Shown here: piece after piece, positions 19,856 through 29,363 of the stretch | Layout of the letters: each line of letters opens with the position of its first letter | Numbering within the stretch: position 1 is the first letter of the stretch | NCBI GenBank assembly: GCA_963709345.1 | Contig: CAVPVX010000004.1 | Location: forward strand, 96,001-160,000 | DNA from: an uncultured Actinomycetes bacterium | GTDB lineage: Bacteria > Actinomycetota > Thermoleophilia > UBA2241 | DNA length: 64,000 nt | Direction of reading: 5' to 3' | Made by a program: the position numbers and the translations under genes | The notes under the pieces: model-generated | What the model was told of the DNA's origin: nothing | What the model saw: the letters and a program-made list of their open reading frames with translations, nothing else | Databases searched by the model: none

Positions 19856-20314
19856 TCACGAGGCTGCGTCGATGGCCCGGAATCGCGACAGGCCTGTGTC
19901 CTCATCTGTGATGCGCCGGATCGACGGGCCGGTGAGTTCCTGCAGCATCATCTCGCACGAGTACACGATGCAGCCGGGCGATAGATCGCCCCCGAACGCC
20001 GCCCCAAGCTCGTCTCCCAGAACCAAGTGACAGTGGACCTCCATGCCGTCACTCGATCTGAGAGCCGTGCCGACGAGGTGCAGGAGCATCAGCGGGCGGT
20101 CGAACTCGATGAGCCGATCCTGATGCGCCGCTTGGTCGTAGTAGGTCAGGGCGGCTTTGGAAAGGCTGCCGATGGTCTCGATACGACAGAAGTCAAGGTC
20201 GCGGTCCATGACCGCGCGTTCGATCTCCTCGAGGAGGTCGCTGCCAAAGGGCGGCGTGATGAGGATCGTACTGCCTGTCGTGAACGCGGCGGAAATGCCG
20301 GGCTGCGCCTTCAT
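19856..20314 (-). CDS. DUF296 / PPC-domain protein
   Basis: GSDLLEEI, IGSLSKA, VHCHLVLGD..GAAFGGDL, RITDEDTGL. Confidence 0.8.
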   Translation of the reverse strand: MKAQPGISAAFTTGSTILITPPFGSDLLEEIERAVMDRDLDFCRIETIGSLSKAALTYYDQAAHQDRLIEFDRPLMLLHLVGTALRSSDGMEVHCHLVLGDELGAAFGGDLSPGCIVYSCEMMLQELTGPSIRRITDEDTGLSRFRAIDAAS

Positions 20315-20315
20315 A

Positions 20316-20429
20316 TCATTCTCGCCCGATTCGACGTACTGTCCGGGTGGAAGTCGGCGTGCCCAGCTTCCATCGGACCGGCCAGTCACAGACGCTGTGC
20401 AGCGGCGCCCTCACTCCAAACGACATCAT
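20316..20429 (-). CDS. Putative 37 aa small ORF upstream of DUF296
   Basis: AAAGGAGG RBS; MMSFGVRAPLHSVCDWPVRWKLGTPTSTRTVRRIGRE; stop 1 nt before the DUF296 ATG. Confidence 0.4.
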   Translation of the reverse strand: MMSFGVRAPLHSVCDWPVRWKLGTPTSTRTVRRIGRE

Positions 20430-20747
20430 CGTGGTCTCCTCCTTTGATCAGGCACGAAGGGTGCCCCCAATTTCCTGCTAAGGCAAGAATACCTTGGATT
20501 CCGGGCTGGCTGCAGGAGAGTCGGCATCGCTGCGGGACGGAGACCGGCGGCGGGCGGGGCGTCGGCCGCCGGCGACGCACGCGTTGTCCGGCGGGCACGT
20601 CCGTAGGCGAGAGGATCTGTCGGTTCCGGCAGTTTCGGCACGGTGGTCGCGTGACACAGCCGGTCTCGCAGCCAGTCGCGGAAGACGGGGCATCGTCGCT
20701 GTACCAGCTAGCGCCGAATACCCGTGGACGGTGCCGTCTGAACGCAC

Positions 20748-20772
20748 GCATCTGGGTTGCAGAATGGTTGCA
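20748..20772. repeat. Arm-type-like GGTTGCA repeats
   Basis: GGTTGCA at 20755 and 20766 (11-nt period); GCATCTGGGTTGCA (20748-20761) recurs exactly at 21001-21014. Confidence 0.7.
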
Positions 20773-20821
20773 GAACGGGGGTCTAGCGAAGGGCAAGAGA
20801 AGCGATTGCGCTGCAAATGAG

Positions 20822-20869
20822 TGGTAGCGCATACGGGATTCGGACCCGAGTTACCGCCGTGAGAGGGCG
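20822..20869 (-). repeat. att-like copy of the tRNA-Glu 3' end (proximal)
   Basis: 46/48 nt identical to 23544-23591. Confidence 0.92.
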
Positions 20870-21500
20870 CCCCGGGGGCCTGTCCGATAGGGACCAGAGA
20901 AGTGCGTTTGATCACTGGCAGTCACAAAACTGTGGCCATTTGCAGCGAAAGTCGGCGGGCCGTTTCCCGAGGCGTCCCAACGAGTTCCAGCGCGAACCGG
21001 GCATCTGGGTTGCATCAGTGTCAGTCTGAGTCATGGTGGGCCGCGCCAGGGAGGTCCCTTCCACGACGAGGCGGTGCGGTGAAGACTGTCGTGCGTCGTG
21101 AGCTTGGTCGACATCGGCAGCGGGCGAACCGGGAGCCGCGATGCTCATCGCCATGTTCAACGAGACCAGGGGATGGGTCGGGAAGGGAAGGTCGCGGGGC
21201 GATCACGGCCGCGGCGCTCGATCCGCGGGCGCTCGAATTCGACCATCCCTCCCTGAGACGATAACATCGCAGCTGTCTGCACTCTTCTTCTGGGGGGTTG
21301 GAGAATGCTGAGGCCCGCTGCGCTTGCCGCCCATGGCGGTCCTTCTCCTGATCCTCGTCTGCAGGGGCCTCCGGCCTTACCTCTTCGCCCCCTGCCGCAC
21401 GAGGACCAGCGCCGCGAGGGAGTCCGCTCGGCGACGGCATCGGCGGCCGGTGCGGACTATCACCGTCACGCTCGACGAGGGGGACAGATGATCGCGATGG

Positions 21501-23010
21501 GTGAGAGCGGACGAGAGAGGCCTTCAGACAGGCGGCGAGGTTCGTCACGACCCCGGGATCGGGCGTGTGCCCGCGCTGGCGATCGTGCTCGTGGCTCTGG
21601 CCGCCATCGCCGTCGTGGCTGGGTGCGGCGGCCCGGGCGGTGGCGGGGAACGGCGAAGTCGCGTCGGCGACCCCGCCGCTTTCGAGACCGCTGCGCAGAA
21701 GGCCGGCTTCACCGTCCAGGAGGGGAAGTTCGAGGTCTTCGATATCGCCGCCATGTACGACGCCGGGCTCATCCCCTGCTGTTGGGGCAACAACCCGAGC
21801 ACGCCATGAGCATGGATCCACAAGCTGCCGATGGCGCCGGGACAGACGGCTCGCCGACACGGCCAGCGACGCGCCGATCGAACCAGAGAACAAGGGCCTC
21901 TGGGGTGACTGGCGCCTGCGCCCCGATCGAGGCCGTCGTCTACATCGGACCTACGCCGCCGGAGCTCGACTACTACAGCTACCGCAGCTACATCGCGATA
22001 CGGTACTTCCCCAAGGAGGGCCGTGCGCGCCGCGTCTTCGCCAGCCTCGGCGATACCATCAACCACCTCGACATCAAGACCACCGGTACGCCTGACGGCG
22101 CGCAGGGGAAGCCGTTCGGCCAGACGACCGTGATCATCACCACCGCCGACAAGTGCGCGCAGCGCGACGCCCGCAGAAGGCGGGGTACTCGTCGTCGATC
22201 GATCAACACCGACGTGATCCCGTCGGGCTCGTCCACATGCGGCCTCGACGCGCACAGCGACACGTTCACGTTCGGTCCATCGCGTGGCGTTCTTCAAGGA
22301 CAAGCAGGCAGGCGACGCGTACGCTTGGTGCCCCGCAGGGCGCGGTCTTTCGCCTCACCCCGACGCAGGAGACGTCGACTGCCGACCTGCAGCCCTTTCC
22401 TGTCCCCGAGCTCAAGGTCCGCGGCACCGGCGACACGAGAGAGCTCGACCTCGAGGCGGCCGTCGACCGGCTGCGTGACGCGATCCTCGAGAAGCACAGC
22501 TCGGAGCGCGCCACAGAGTTGTCGACCGGCGTGTGGCTCGGCGAGGGCTACGATCCAGCGCGGCATCGACGTCATCGGCGAGAACCGCGACACGATCTAC
22601 CTACGGCTCCGACGACTTCGTCCTCGGCGACGACTCCGACGCTATCTGATCGTCTACGGCGTGAACCACGCTCGCCCGGCAAGGTGATCTATTCGAACTT
22701 CGGCGTTACGGCGAGCAGGCCGTGAACGGGGTGGGCCGTGGCCGGCGAGATGCTAAGGGCACCGCGACGAGTATCTGGCCGGCGACCCGGACGCAAAGTA
22801 CCTGTACGTCTTCAAGGTGGCACGCCATGCCAGGGCGACCCGCGCTGTCTCGAGGTGAAGGTCGGCGACAAGGCCGAGGAGATCGGGCCAAGGAACCGGC
22901 TTTCGTCGGCTTTCGCGCCTACGTCGAGCCCTCGACCAAGGCGGGGCCCGACTACGCCGAGGTCCTCGTACGACCGCGTGATCAAGCTCGGGCCGGGGAA
23001 GGAGAAGTGA
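21501..23010 (+). pseudogene. Heavily frameshifted secreted lipoprotein of unknown function
   Basis: Signal peptide with VAGC lipobox; protein-like segments (WRLRPD/EAVVYIGPTPPELDYYSYRSY, FASLGDTINHL, FVGFRAYVEP, YDRVIKL) alternate between all three + frames. Confidence 0.7.
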
Positions 23011-23059
23011 GACCTCGAACGGCGGGATGAGCACAGCACGCGGGGGACGGACGACCGCG

Positions 23060-23345
23060 ACCTGTGGCGCCCCGGATGGGAACAGGGACGACTGGTGGGC
23101 GCGCTCGCCGCGTTTGTTCTCGACGACGGATCTGGGGAGCCCGCTGGGCGTCCAGCCAGACGAGCGGGGCCGCGGGATCACAGGAGCACTTCTCCGCCAC
23201 GTCTTCGGCGGTCTCGCCGCTGACGGGGTCCGCTCGGTGCTGATGGTCGAAGACGCTGAGAGCCTCACAGGAGCCACCGCGCTCTACGGGACTTCGCAAT
23301 GGGCGTGGCGAGATGCTTCGACCTGCGCGAGCGAAAGGCAGGTGA
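23060..23345 (+). pseudogene. GNAT acetyltransferase fragment
   Basis: LGVQPDERGRGITGALL...DAESLTGATALY resembles GNAT motifs A/B. Confidence 0.55.
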
Positions 23346-23421
23346 TGCGTCCCGACCGCGCCGACGATCCATACGCGGACCAAGCAGGGTCCCAGATGTA
23401 CCAACCGCAGACTGCGTCGCA

Positions 23422-23495
23422 GCGTCCCAGGCGTCCCGGCGTCCCAGGCGTCCCGGTTGCACTTTCGGTTGCATTTCGGTTGCAGAAGGGTTGTA
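23422..23495. repeat. Tandem GCGTCCC repeats plus four phased GGTTG(C/T)A arm-like repeats
   Basis: GCGTCCCAGGCGTCCCG twice; GGTTGCA at 23455, 23467, 23478 and GGTTGTA at 23489. Confidence 0.8.
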
Positions 23496-23543
23496 GCCGA
23501 CCGGTCTGGCGGAGGGGTAACGAGGCGATTTCGCTGAGATGGC

Positions 23544-23619
23544 TGGTAGCGCATACGGGATTCGAACCCGTGTTACCGCCGTGAGAGGGCGGCGTCCTAG
23601 GCCCCTAGACGAATGCGCC
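23544..23619 (-). tRNA. tRNA-Glu(CTC)
   Basis: 76 nt cloverleaf GGCGCATTCGTCTAGGGGCCTAGGACGCCGCCCTCTCACGGCGGTAACACGGGTTCGAATCCCGTATGCGCTACCA. Confidence 0.97.
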
Positions 23620-23901
23620 ACGCAAGAACGGGGCTGCTGCTCCGGCGAGACCTCCATGCCCGTTCCCATATGGAAAGGTGCTGCGGAGCGAAGGTCCCAT
23701 AAGTGCTACCACGGTCCAGAGCCGCTGGTGCTGCCACCCGTCGATTGCACAGCGGCAGCGGCGAATTAGGGTAGCACAAGAGCCGCGCACGGCAAACCCT
23801 GGACGCTCCCGGCACGCGGCCGCGTCTTCCCGGCCGGCTCCCATACCTCCCGCGTGGCGTGATACGGTTTCGTGACCGACTCAGCGGACCGCGGGAGGCA
23901 A

Positions 23902-25321
23902 GTGAGCCACGCCGACGAGGTCATCACCGACGTGAACACGCGGCGTGTGGTCGCACGCGCCCGGGAGGACTGCTTCACGATCGCCTGGGACTACCCCGGA
24001 CGCACCGTGCTCGAGGTGCGCATCCTGCGTTCTGAGCGCGGCCCTGCCGAGTCTGCCGAAGCTGCCGGGGAGAGCGGGCAGATCCTCGTCTATCAGGACG
24101 TGAACGGGTCGTTCCGCGACGCCGGGCTGCGACAGGACCGGCCCTACTACTACACTGTTTTCGCCCGCCATCCGGGCGCCGAGTGGGTCCGCTGGGGCGA
24201 CTACCCGGCCTCGTTCGCCCCGCCCGCCCGCCGACGCCGGTTCGGCCGGCTGTTCACGAAGGCGCTTCGCCTGCCTCTCGTGCCGGCTGCGCTTCTGGCG
24301 CTGTGCGCGGTGGCGATCCTCGCTGCCGTGCCCCCCGCTGCTCTCTCGGACGACGAGACGGCCGGAGGTGCGGCGAAGGGCGCCGCTGCCGACGAGCCGG
24401 CGCCGTCTGAGGCGGAAGCCGCCGCGCGGGCCTTCGTGGAGGCCGAGGGTGACGTTTCGCGCGTCCTCGCCGGCAGGGGCTCGGCCGTCAGCGCGACCGC
24501 GTGGGGCGGGTCGGAGGCCGAGCCCGCCGGATTCACGCTGGTCTATCGCTGGCCGGCAGCGAGCGCCGACTCCGTGAACGGGGAGTGGCCGCTGCTCCGC
24601 ACCGGGCAGGAGACGCCCTCGCCGCCCTACGACTCGACCACGTACCGGCTGCGCGCGGACGAGGTGAGCGCGCTGCGAGTCGACGTGGTGATGGACGGCC
24701 CGCGGATCGTCCAGCTCATGCCGGTCAACGGCGAGACTGATCTCGTGCTCCGCGAACAGACCTGGACGCCGTTCAGCTGGTTCCCTTGGTTCACCGCGCG
24801 ACCATGGGCCCTGGCCCCGGTCTTCCTCGTGCTGACGGCGCTCCTGCTGGCGCGAGCCTGGCAACGCTCGCGCGCCTGGAATCGCCGGCTCCCGTCGATG
24901 ACTCGGCACGACCGCCAGTTCATCGGCCGGGTCGCAATCATCCTGTTTCTCTTGGCCGGCTTCATCTGGCAGGCGTACCAAGGCTGGTTCGCCGCCACGG
25001 GACCGTCGGTGGGCTCGAGCGGTTCCTCGGCCGGCGATCTCACGTCGCTCCCCTTGCTGCTCATACCGCCGGCGATCTTCGTCGCCGCCCTGATCCTCGA
25101 GCTGAGCGCCGGACCGCACCGAGGCTCCTGGGCGCTTCTGGCCGTACTCGCCGGCGCCGTCAGCGTCTTCAACCTTGCCACCGCGCTCACCGGCGCGACC
25201 ACCAATCTCAACCTCAGTTACTACATCCTGTGCGCCGTGCTTGCGCTCATCGCCATTCCCCTGTACGTTCTCCGCCGGCAAGACGGGGTGGAGCCGCAGT
25301 CATTCGGCGTACGGCGGCTGA
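23902..25321 (+). CDS. Hypothetical multi-domain membrane protein; probable frameshift near 25260
   Basis: Beta-rich N-domain (YYYTVFAR), TM, soluble domain, about five C-terminal TM helices; alternative frame TFSAGKTGWSRSHSAYGG stops at 25321 before the convergent gene. Confidence 0.6.
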
Positions 25322-25383
25322 CTGCGCCGGGCGGCGCGGCCAGCCGCGCCGGCAGATCGCGCCCCGTCTCACGCGCCCGCCCG

Positions 25384-25761
25384 TCAGCGCTCGATGAGCT
25401 CCACCCAGTTGCCGTCTGGGTCGGCGACGAACGCGAGGCGGGTGCTGCCGCCCTCGTGTGTCTTCGGCGGCCGGCCGACGTCGCCGGCGCCGGCCGCCAG
25501 CAGACGCTCGTAGGTCGCATCGACGTCGTCGACGTCGAAGGCGAAGTGCCCGAAGCGATCCCCGCCGTCGTAGGGATCGTCCTTACCCCAGTTGTAGACG
25601 AGCTCGATGGCGAAGTCGCCCGCCTCCGGCTCCAGGAACGCCAGAGTCGCCCTGCCCTTGGTCAGATCGCTGCGCCGGACGCACGTCATGCCGAGTGCCT
25701 CGTAGAACTCGATCGCCTTCTCCAGGTTCTTCGTCCGTGTCGCGACGTGTACGAACTTCAT
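25384..25761 (-). CDS. gloA: Lactoylglutathione lyase (glyoxalase I / VOC family)
   Basis: HVATRTKNLEKAIEFY, IELVYNWG, FGHFAFDVDD, AFVADPDGNWVELIE. Confidence 0.85.
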   Translation of the reverse strand: MKFVHVATRTKNLEKAIEFYEALGMTCVRRSDLTKGRATLAFLEPEAGDFAIELVYNWGKDDPYDGGDRFGHFAFDVDDVDATYERLLAAGAGDVGRPPKTHEGGSTRLAFVADPDGNWVELIER

Positions 25762-26131
25762 GTCGTCCCCTTCTGTGTGCGCGGGCCGTATCTGTCGGTG
25801 CGTTCGACGAGAGCGTACCCGTCTTGCGCCGAGATGGGCGCATCCCTCCGTCGCTCGACGTGGATGCGCGCGGCTCAGCCCGGTGTTCCGGCTGCGTGGC
25901 GGCGATCGCCGACGCAGACACCGTCTTCGCCGCGCGGCGCCGGCCCGTCGGACCCTGCCCGCCGGGAGACTGGCCCGCCCGGCCCGCCCCGCCTTCCCGG
26001 TTCTTCCGTCACGACACATTGTCGTTGCCGAGGGCGGGTGCTAGCGTCTTTCTTCAGTCGTAGATAGCCAGAGAGCCCATGCATAGTCGCGACCCGGCGG
26101 TTCGTCGCCGCCGGTCCACAAGGAGGGGCAC

Positions 26132-27862
26132 ATGCCGGACGAGACCACCCAGGGAGCCGCGGGCCAGTCCGAGGCCCACCGGCCCACCGTCGACGAGCTC
26201 AAGGCCAAGGCGTACCAGCCCATGGAAGACGCCATGAAGCTCCACCCCTTCTACAAGGGCAAGATCGAGACCGCGCTCAAGTGCTGCGTGCGTGACTTCC
26301 AGGACTTCGGCATCTGGTACACGCCCGGCGTGAGCAAGCCCTGCCTCGACATCAAGGACGACCCCGAGAAGGTCTACGAGCACACCAACAAGGGCAACAC
26401 GGTGGCCGTGATCAGCGACGGTACCCGCGTGCTGGGCATGGGCGACATCGGCCCCAAGGCCGGCATGCCGGTGATGGAGGGCAAGAGCCTGCTCTACAAG
26501 TACCTCGGCGGCGTGGACGGCTTCCCGCTCATGGTCGACACGAAGGACCCGGACAAGTTCATCGAGTTCGTGAAGCTCGTGCAACCCGGGCTCGGCGGCG
26601 TGAACCTCGAAGACATCTCACAGCCGAAGTGCTTCCGCATCCTCGACACGCTTCGCGAAGAGTGCGAGATCCCGGTGTGGCACGACGATCAGCAGGGCAC
26701 GGCGTGCGTCACGCTCGCCGGCCTCGTCAACGCGCTCAAGGTCACCGGCAGGAAGATCGACGAGGTCAAGATCGCCTTCATCGGTTCGGGCGCCGCCAAC
26801 GTCGCCATCAGCCGACTCATCTTCGCCTACGGCGCCGACCCCGCGAAGTGCCGCGTCGTCGACTCGAAGGGCATCCTGCACAAGGGGCGCGCCGACATCG
26901 AAGCGGTCAAGACCGAGTGGGTCGACAAGTGGAAGTACTGCCAGATCACCAACGAGGAGCAGCGCCAGGGCAGCATCCCGGACGCGCTTCGCGACGCCGA
27001 CGTCTGCATCGCCCTCAGCAAGCAGGGACCCGACACGATCGACAAGGAGTGGATCAGGGCGATGGCCCCCGATCCGATCGTCTTCGTGTGCGCCAATCCC
27101 ACCCCCGAGATGTGGCCCTGGGACGCCAGGGAGGCCGGCGCCGCCGTCGTCGCTACCGGCCGCTCCGACTTCCCCAACCAGGTGAACAACTCGGTCGGCT
27201 TCCCCGGCATCTTCCGCGGCACGCTCGACGTGCGCGCCAAGACCATCACCGACGAGATGTGCATCGCCGCAGCCGAGGAACTCGCCAAGGTCGCCGAGGA
27301 CAAGGGTCTTTCCGCCGACTACATCATGCCGACCATGGACGACTGGGAGGTCTTTCCGCGTGAGGCCGCGGCGGTGGCGATGAAGGCCATCGAGCAGGGC
27401 ATCGCGCTGCGCACCGACCTGACCTTCGAGCAGGAGGTCGAGGAGGCCACGGCGATCATCGCCCGCGCCCGCGGACAGGTGCAGGACGCGATGGCGATCG
27501 GGTACATCCCGATGCCCGAGGGCAGCCGCGCGCCGGCGCCGACGAGGGCGGCCATGAAGGCCGCCGCCCGCGGAGCGGGCGACTACGCCGGCGAGATGGC
27601 CGACAAGGCCGTCGACAAGATCACGCCGGCGGCGGACAAGTTCGCGGAGGTCGCGGAGAGGGCCGTCGACAAGGCGGCCGAAGCGATCAAGAGGGCCGCC
27701 GATCGCATGAAGTCGGATCGCGGCCAGGCCCAGGCAGGCGAGACGGCCGCTCCCGGCGACGCCGCCCCGAGCTCGGCGCCCGCCGACGCCGTGGACGCTG
27801 CGCCCGCCGACGCCGACGCCGACGCTGACGCCGGCTCCGGCGAGGCCGCCAGGCCCGAGTGA
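26132..27862 (+). CDS. NAD(P)-dependent malic enzyme with a long C-terminal extension
   Basis: [40 protein letters not shown]; AAGGAGG RBS. Confidence 0.93.
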   Translation: MPDETTQGAAGQSEAHRPTVDELKAKAYQPMEDAMKLHPFYKGKIETALKCCVRDFQDFGIWYTPGVSKPCLDIKDDPEKVYEHTNKGNTVAVISDGTRVLGMGDIGPKAGMPVMEGKSLLYKYLGGVDGFPLMVDTKDPDKFIEFVKLVQPGLGGVNLEDISQPKCFRILDTLREECEIPVWHDDQQGTACVTLAGLVNALKVTGRKIDEVKIAFIGSGAANVAISRLIFAYGADPAKCRVVDSKGILHKGRADIEAVKTEWVDKWKYCQITNEEQRQGSIPDALRDADVCIALSKQGPDTIDKEWIRAMAPDPIVFVCANPTPEMWPWDAREAGAAVVATGRSDFPNQVNNSVGFPGIFRGTLDVRAKTITDEMCIAAAEELAKVAEDKGLSADYIMPTMDDWEVFPREAAAVAMKAIEQGIALRTDLTFEQEVEEATAIIARARGQVQDAMAIGYIPMPEGSRAPAPTRAAMKAAARGAGDYAGEMADKAVDKITPAADKFAEVAERAVDKAAEAIKRAADRMKSDRGQAQAGETAAPGDAAPSSAPADAVDAAPADADADADAGSGEAARPE

Positions 27863-27875
27863 GGGATGACGATCG

Positions 27876-28163
27876 ATGAAGGAGTGCCCCACCTGCAGGT
27901 CGGAGCTGCCCGACATCGCCGTCGCCTCCCCCAGCTGGGGCGGCAACTGGCAGCCGGACGGCAGCTTCCAGACGCCGTGGGACGCCGAGATGGCGCGGAT
28001 GGCGGCCGAGCGGGAGCGCAAGGTCACGGCCGCCGAGCAGGTCGGCAAGCCGGGCAAGCCACAACCGCACTTCTTCCTCGAGGACGAGGGCCATCTCGTG
28101 GCCACGCTCGCGCTCGCCGCGATCGCGGCGGGGTTCATCGCCGGCATCGCCGTGCTGTTCTGA
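27876..28163 (+). CDS. Small protein with N-terminal CxxC and C-terminal TM helix
   Basis: MKECPTC...LVATLALAAIAAGFIAGIAVLF. Confidence 0.55.
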   Translation: MKECPTCRSELPDIAVASPSWGGNWQPDGSFQTPWDAEMARMAAERERKVTAAEQVGKPGKPQPHFFLEDEGHLVATLALAAIAAGFIAGIAVLF

Positions 28164-28191
28164 CTCCCGCGGGTCGAAAAAGGAGTCTGAC

Positions 28192-28524
28192 GTGACCCGG
28201 ATCCGCGAGATCGACGTCGGCGAAGTCACCGCCGCCGTGACAGACATGTGCATCACGGCGAACTACGACCTGCCGTGCGACGTGTACGACGCGCTCGTCG
28301 CGGCGCGGCGGAACGAGGAGAGCCCGGGCGGCCGCGAGGTGCTCGGCCAGCTGGTCGAGAACGCCGACATCGCCGCCGCCGACCGCGTGCCGATCTGCCA
28401 GGACACCGGTCTCGCGGTGATCTTCGCCGAGGTGGGACAGGACGCGCACCTCACCGGCGGCGACTTCGAGGCTGCCGTGCACGAAGGGGTCCGGCAGCGG
28501 TACGCCGACGACGTCGGGCTCTGA
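28192..28524 (+). pseudogene. Truncated class I fumarate hydratase / tartrate dehydratase alpha subunit
   Basis: PICQDTG motif and AAAGGAG RBS, but ends at 110 aa and no beta subunit follows. Confidence 0.85.
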
Positions 28525-28608
28525 GGCCACCGCCGGCCGGCCCGCCGCCGTCGCCGCGAGCGCGGTGCACTTCGTGAGCGGGTACAATCATCCGATGGAG
28601 GGATCGTC

Positions 28609-29319
28609 GTGACCGCCTGGGTCATCGCCATCGGACGCATGTTGGGGCTGGGGTCCTTCGCCGGCATCCGCCCGTCGCTCACGCTCGCCGTCATCGGGGT
28701 CGTGACGTACTTCGACTGGAGCGTCGAGACCAATGCGACCTTCTCGTTCCTCAGCCACTGGCTGGCGATCGGCATCTTTGTCGTGCTCGCCATCTTCGAG
28801 TCGGCCTTCGACAAGATCGCCAAGCTGGACCGCCTGCAGGACCGGCTGATCATGCCGTACCGGCTCGTGATGGGCGGGGTGGCGGGGGCGGCCACCGCCC
28901 CCTTCGGCTGGAAGGGGATCGTCGTCGGGGCCGCCGCCGGCGCGTTCGCCGCCTGGTTCGCGCAATACACGAAGCACCTGACGCGGCCCAAGACGGTGCC
29001 GAGCGACGCGGTCGTCGCGCTCATCAGCACTGCCGAGGACCTGGGCGCCTTTCTCGGCAGTGTCGTCACTCTGGCGGTCCCGTACTTCGGGTACGCGGTC
29101 GCCGCCGCGGTCGGCGTCGTCTACTGGCGCGCGCGTGACCGGCGCCGGGGGAAGTACCGCAAGATGCGCAGGACGGCCCGCCGCCGCGCCGCGCGCGAAC
29201 CCGAAGCGGGCGGCGGGAGCGACACCGGTCCGGACGGAAGGCCCGAGTGGCCGCCTTCCTCCCCGGGTGACGACCGGCGGAGTGACGAGTCCGGCGAGGC
29301 CGCGGGGCCGAGCGCGTGA
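28609..29319 (+). CDS. DUF4126-like membrane protein
   Basis: GLGSFAGIR, ESAFDKIAKLD, ISTAED; several TM segments. Confidence 0.7.
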   Translation: MTAWVIAIGRMLGLGSFAGIRPSLTLAVIGVVTYFDWSVETNATFSFLSHWLAIGIFVVLAIFESAFDKIAKLDRLQDRLIMPYRLVMGGVAGAATAPFGWKGIVVGAAAGAFAAWFAQYTKHLTRPKTVPSDAVVALISTAEDLGAFLGSVVTLAVPYFGYAVAAAVGVVYWRARDRRRGKYRKMRRTARRRAAREPEAGGGSDTGPDGRPEWPPSSPGDDRRSDESGEAAGPSA

Positions 29320-29363
29320 ACACCCCGGCCGGGAGGTGGGCACGCGCATGACTGCCGGCATTC

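Larger units (their letters stand above)
7805..23591. mobile_element. Composite tandem genomic island array at tRNA-Glu(CTC), no integrase visible
   Basis: Bounded and subdivided by direct repeats of the tRNA 3' end; carries IS remnants, pseudogenes and arm-like repeats. Confidence 0.8.

Noticed and set aside
7805-20869. The three tRNA-Glu-like copies as functional or split tRNA genes
   Set aside because: They lack the 5' acceptor strand and D-arm, two have a mutated T-loop (TCCGAAT), and no matching separate 5' halves were seen
21807-21809. TGA as selenocysteine or programmed readthrough
   Set aside because: Surrounded by many other indels; no convincing SECIS-like hairpin or redox motif
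23422-23495. Possible CRISPR array
   Set aside because: Units are 7-17 nt with no unique spacers of about 30 nt, and no cas genes are in the window
7853-23543. Intact integrase, relaxase or phage genes in the island
   Set aside because: No ORF shows tyrosine recombinase R-H-R-Y, serine recombinase or phage structural motifs; very degenerate remnants cannot be excluded without an HMM search
26011-26025. Palindrome ACGACA-CAT-TGTCGT upstream of malic enzyme
   Set aside because: Only 6-bp arms and no cognate regulator nearby; too weak to call
23872-26067. 731 aa ORF taken at full length
   Set aside because: The last third overlaps gloA in antisense and loses protein-like character after about 25260; a frameshift is more likely
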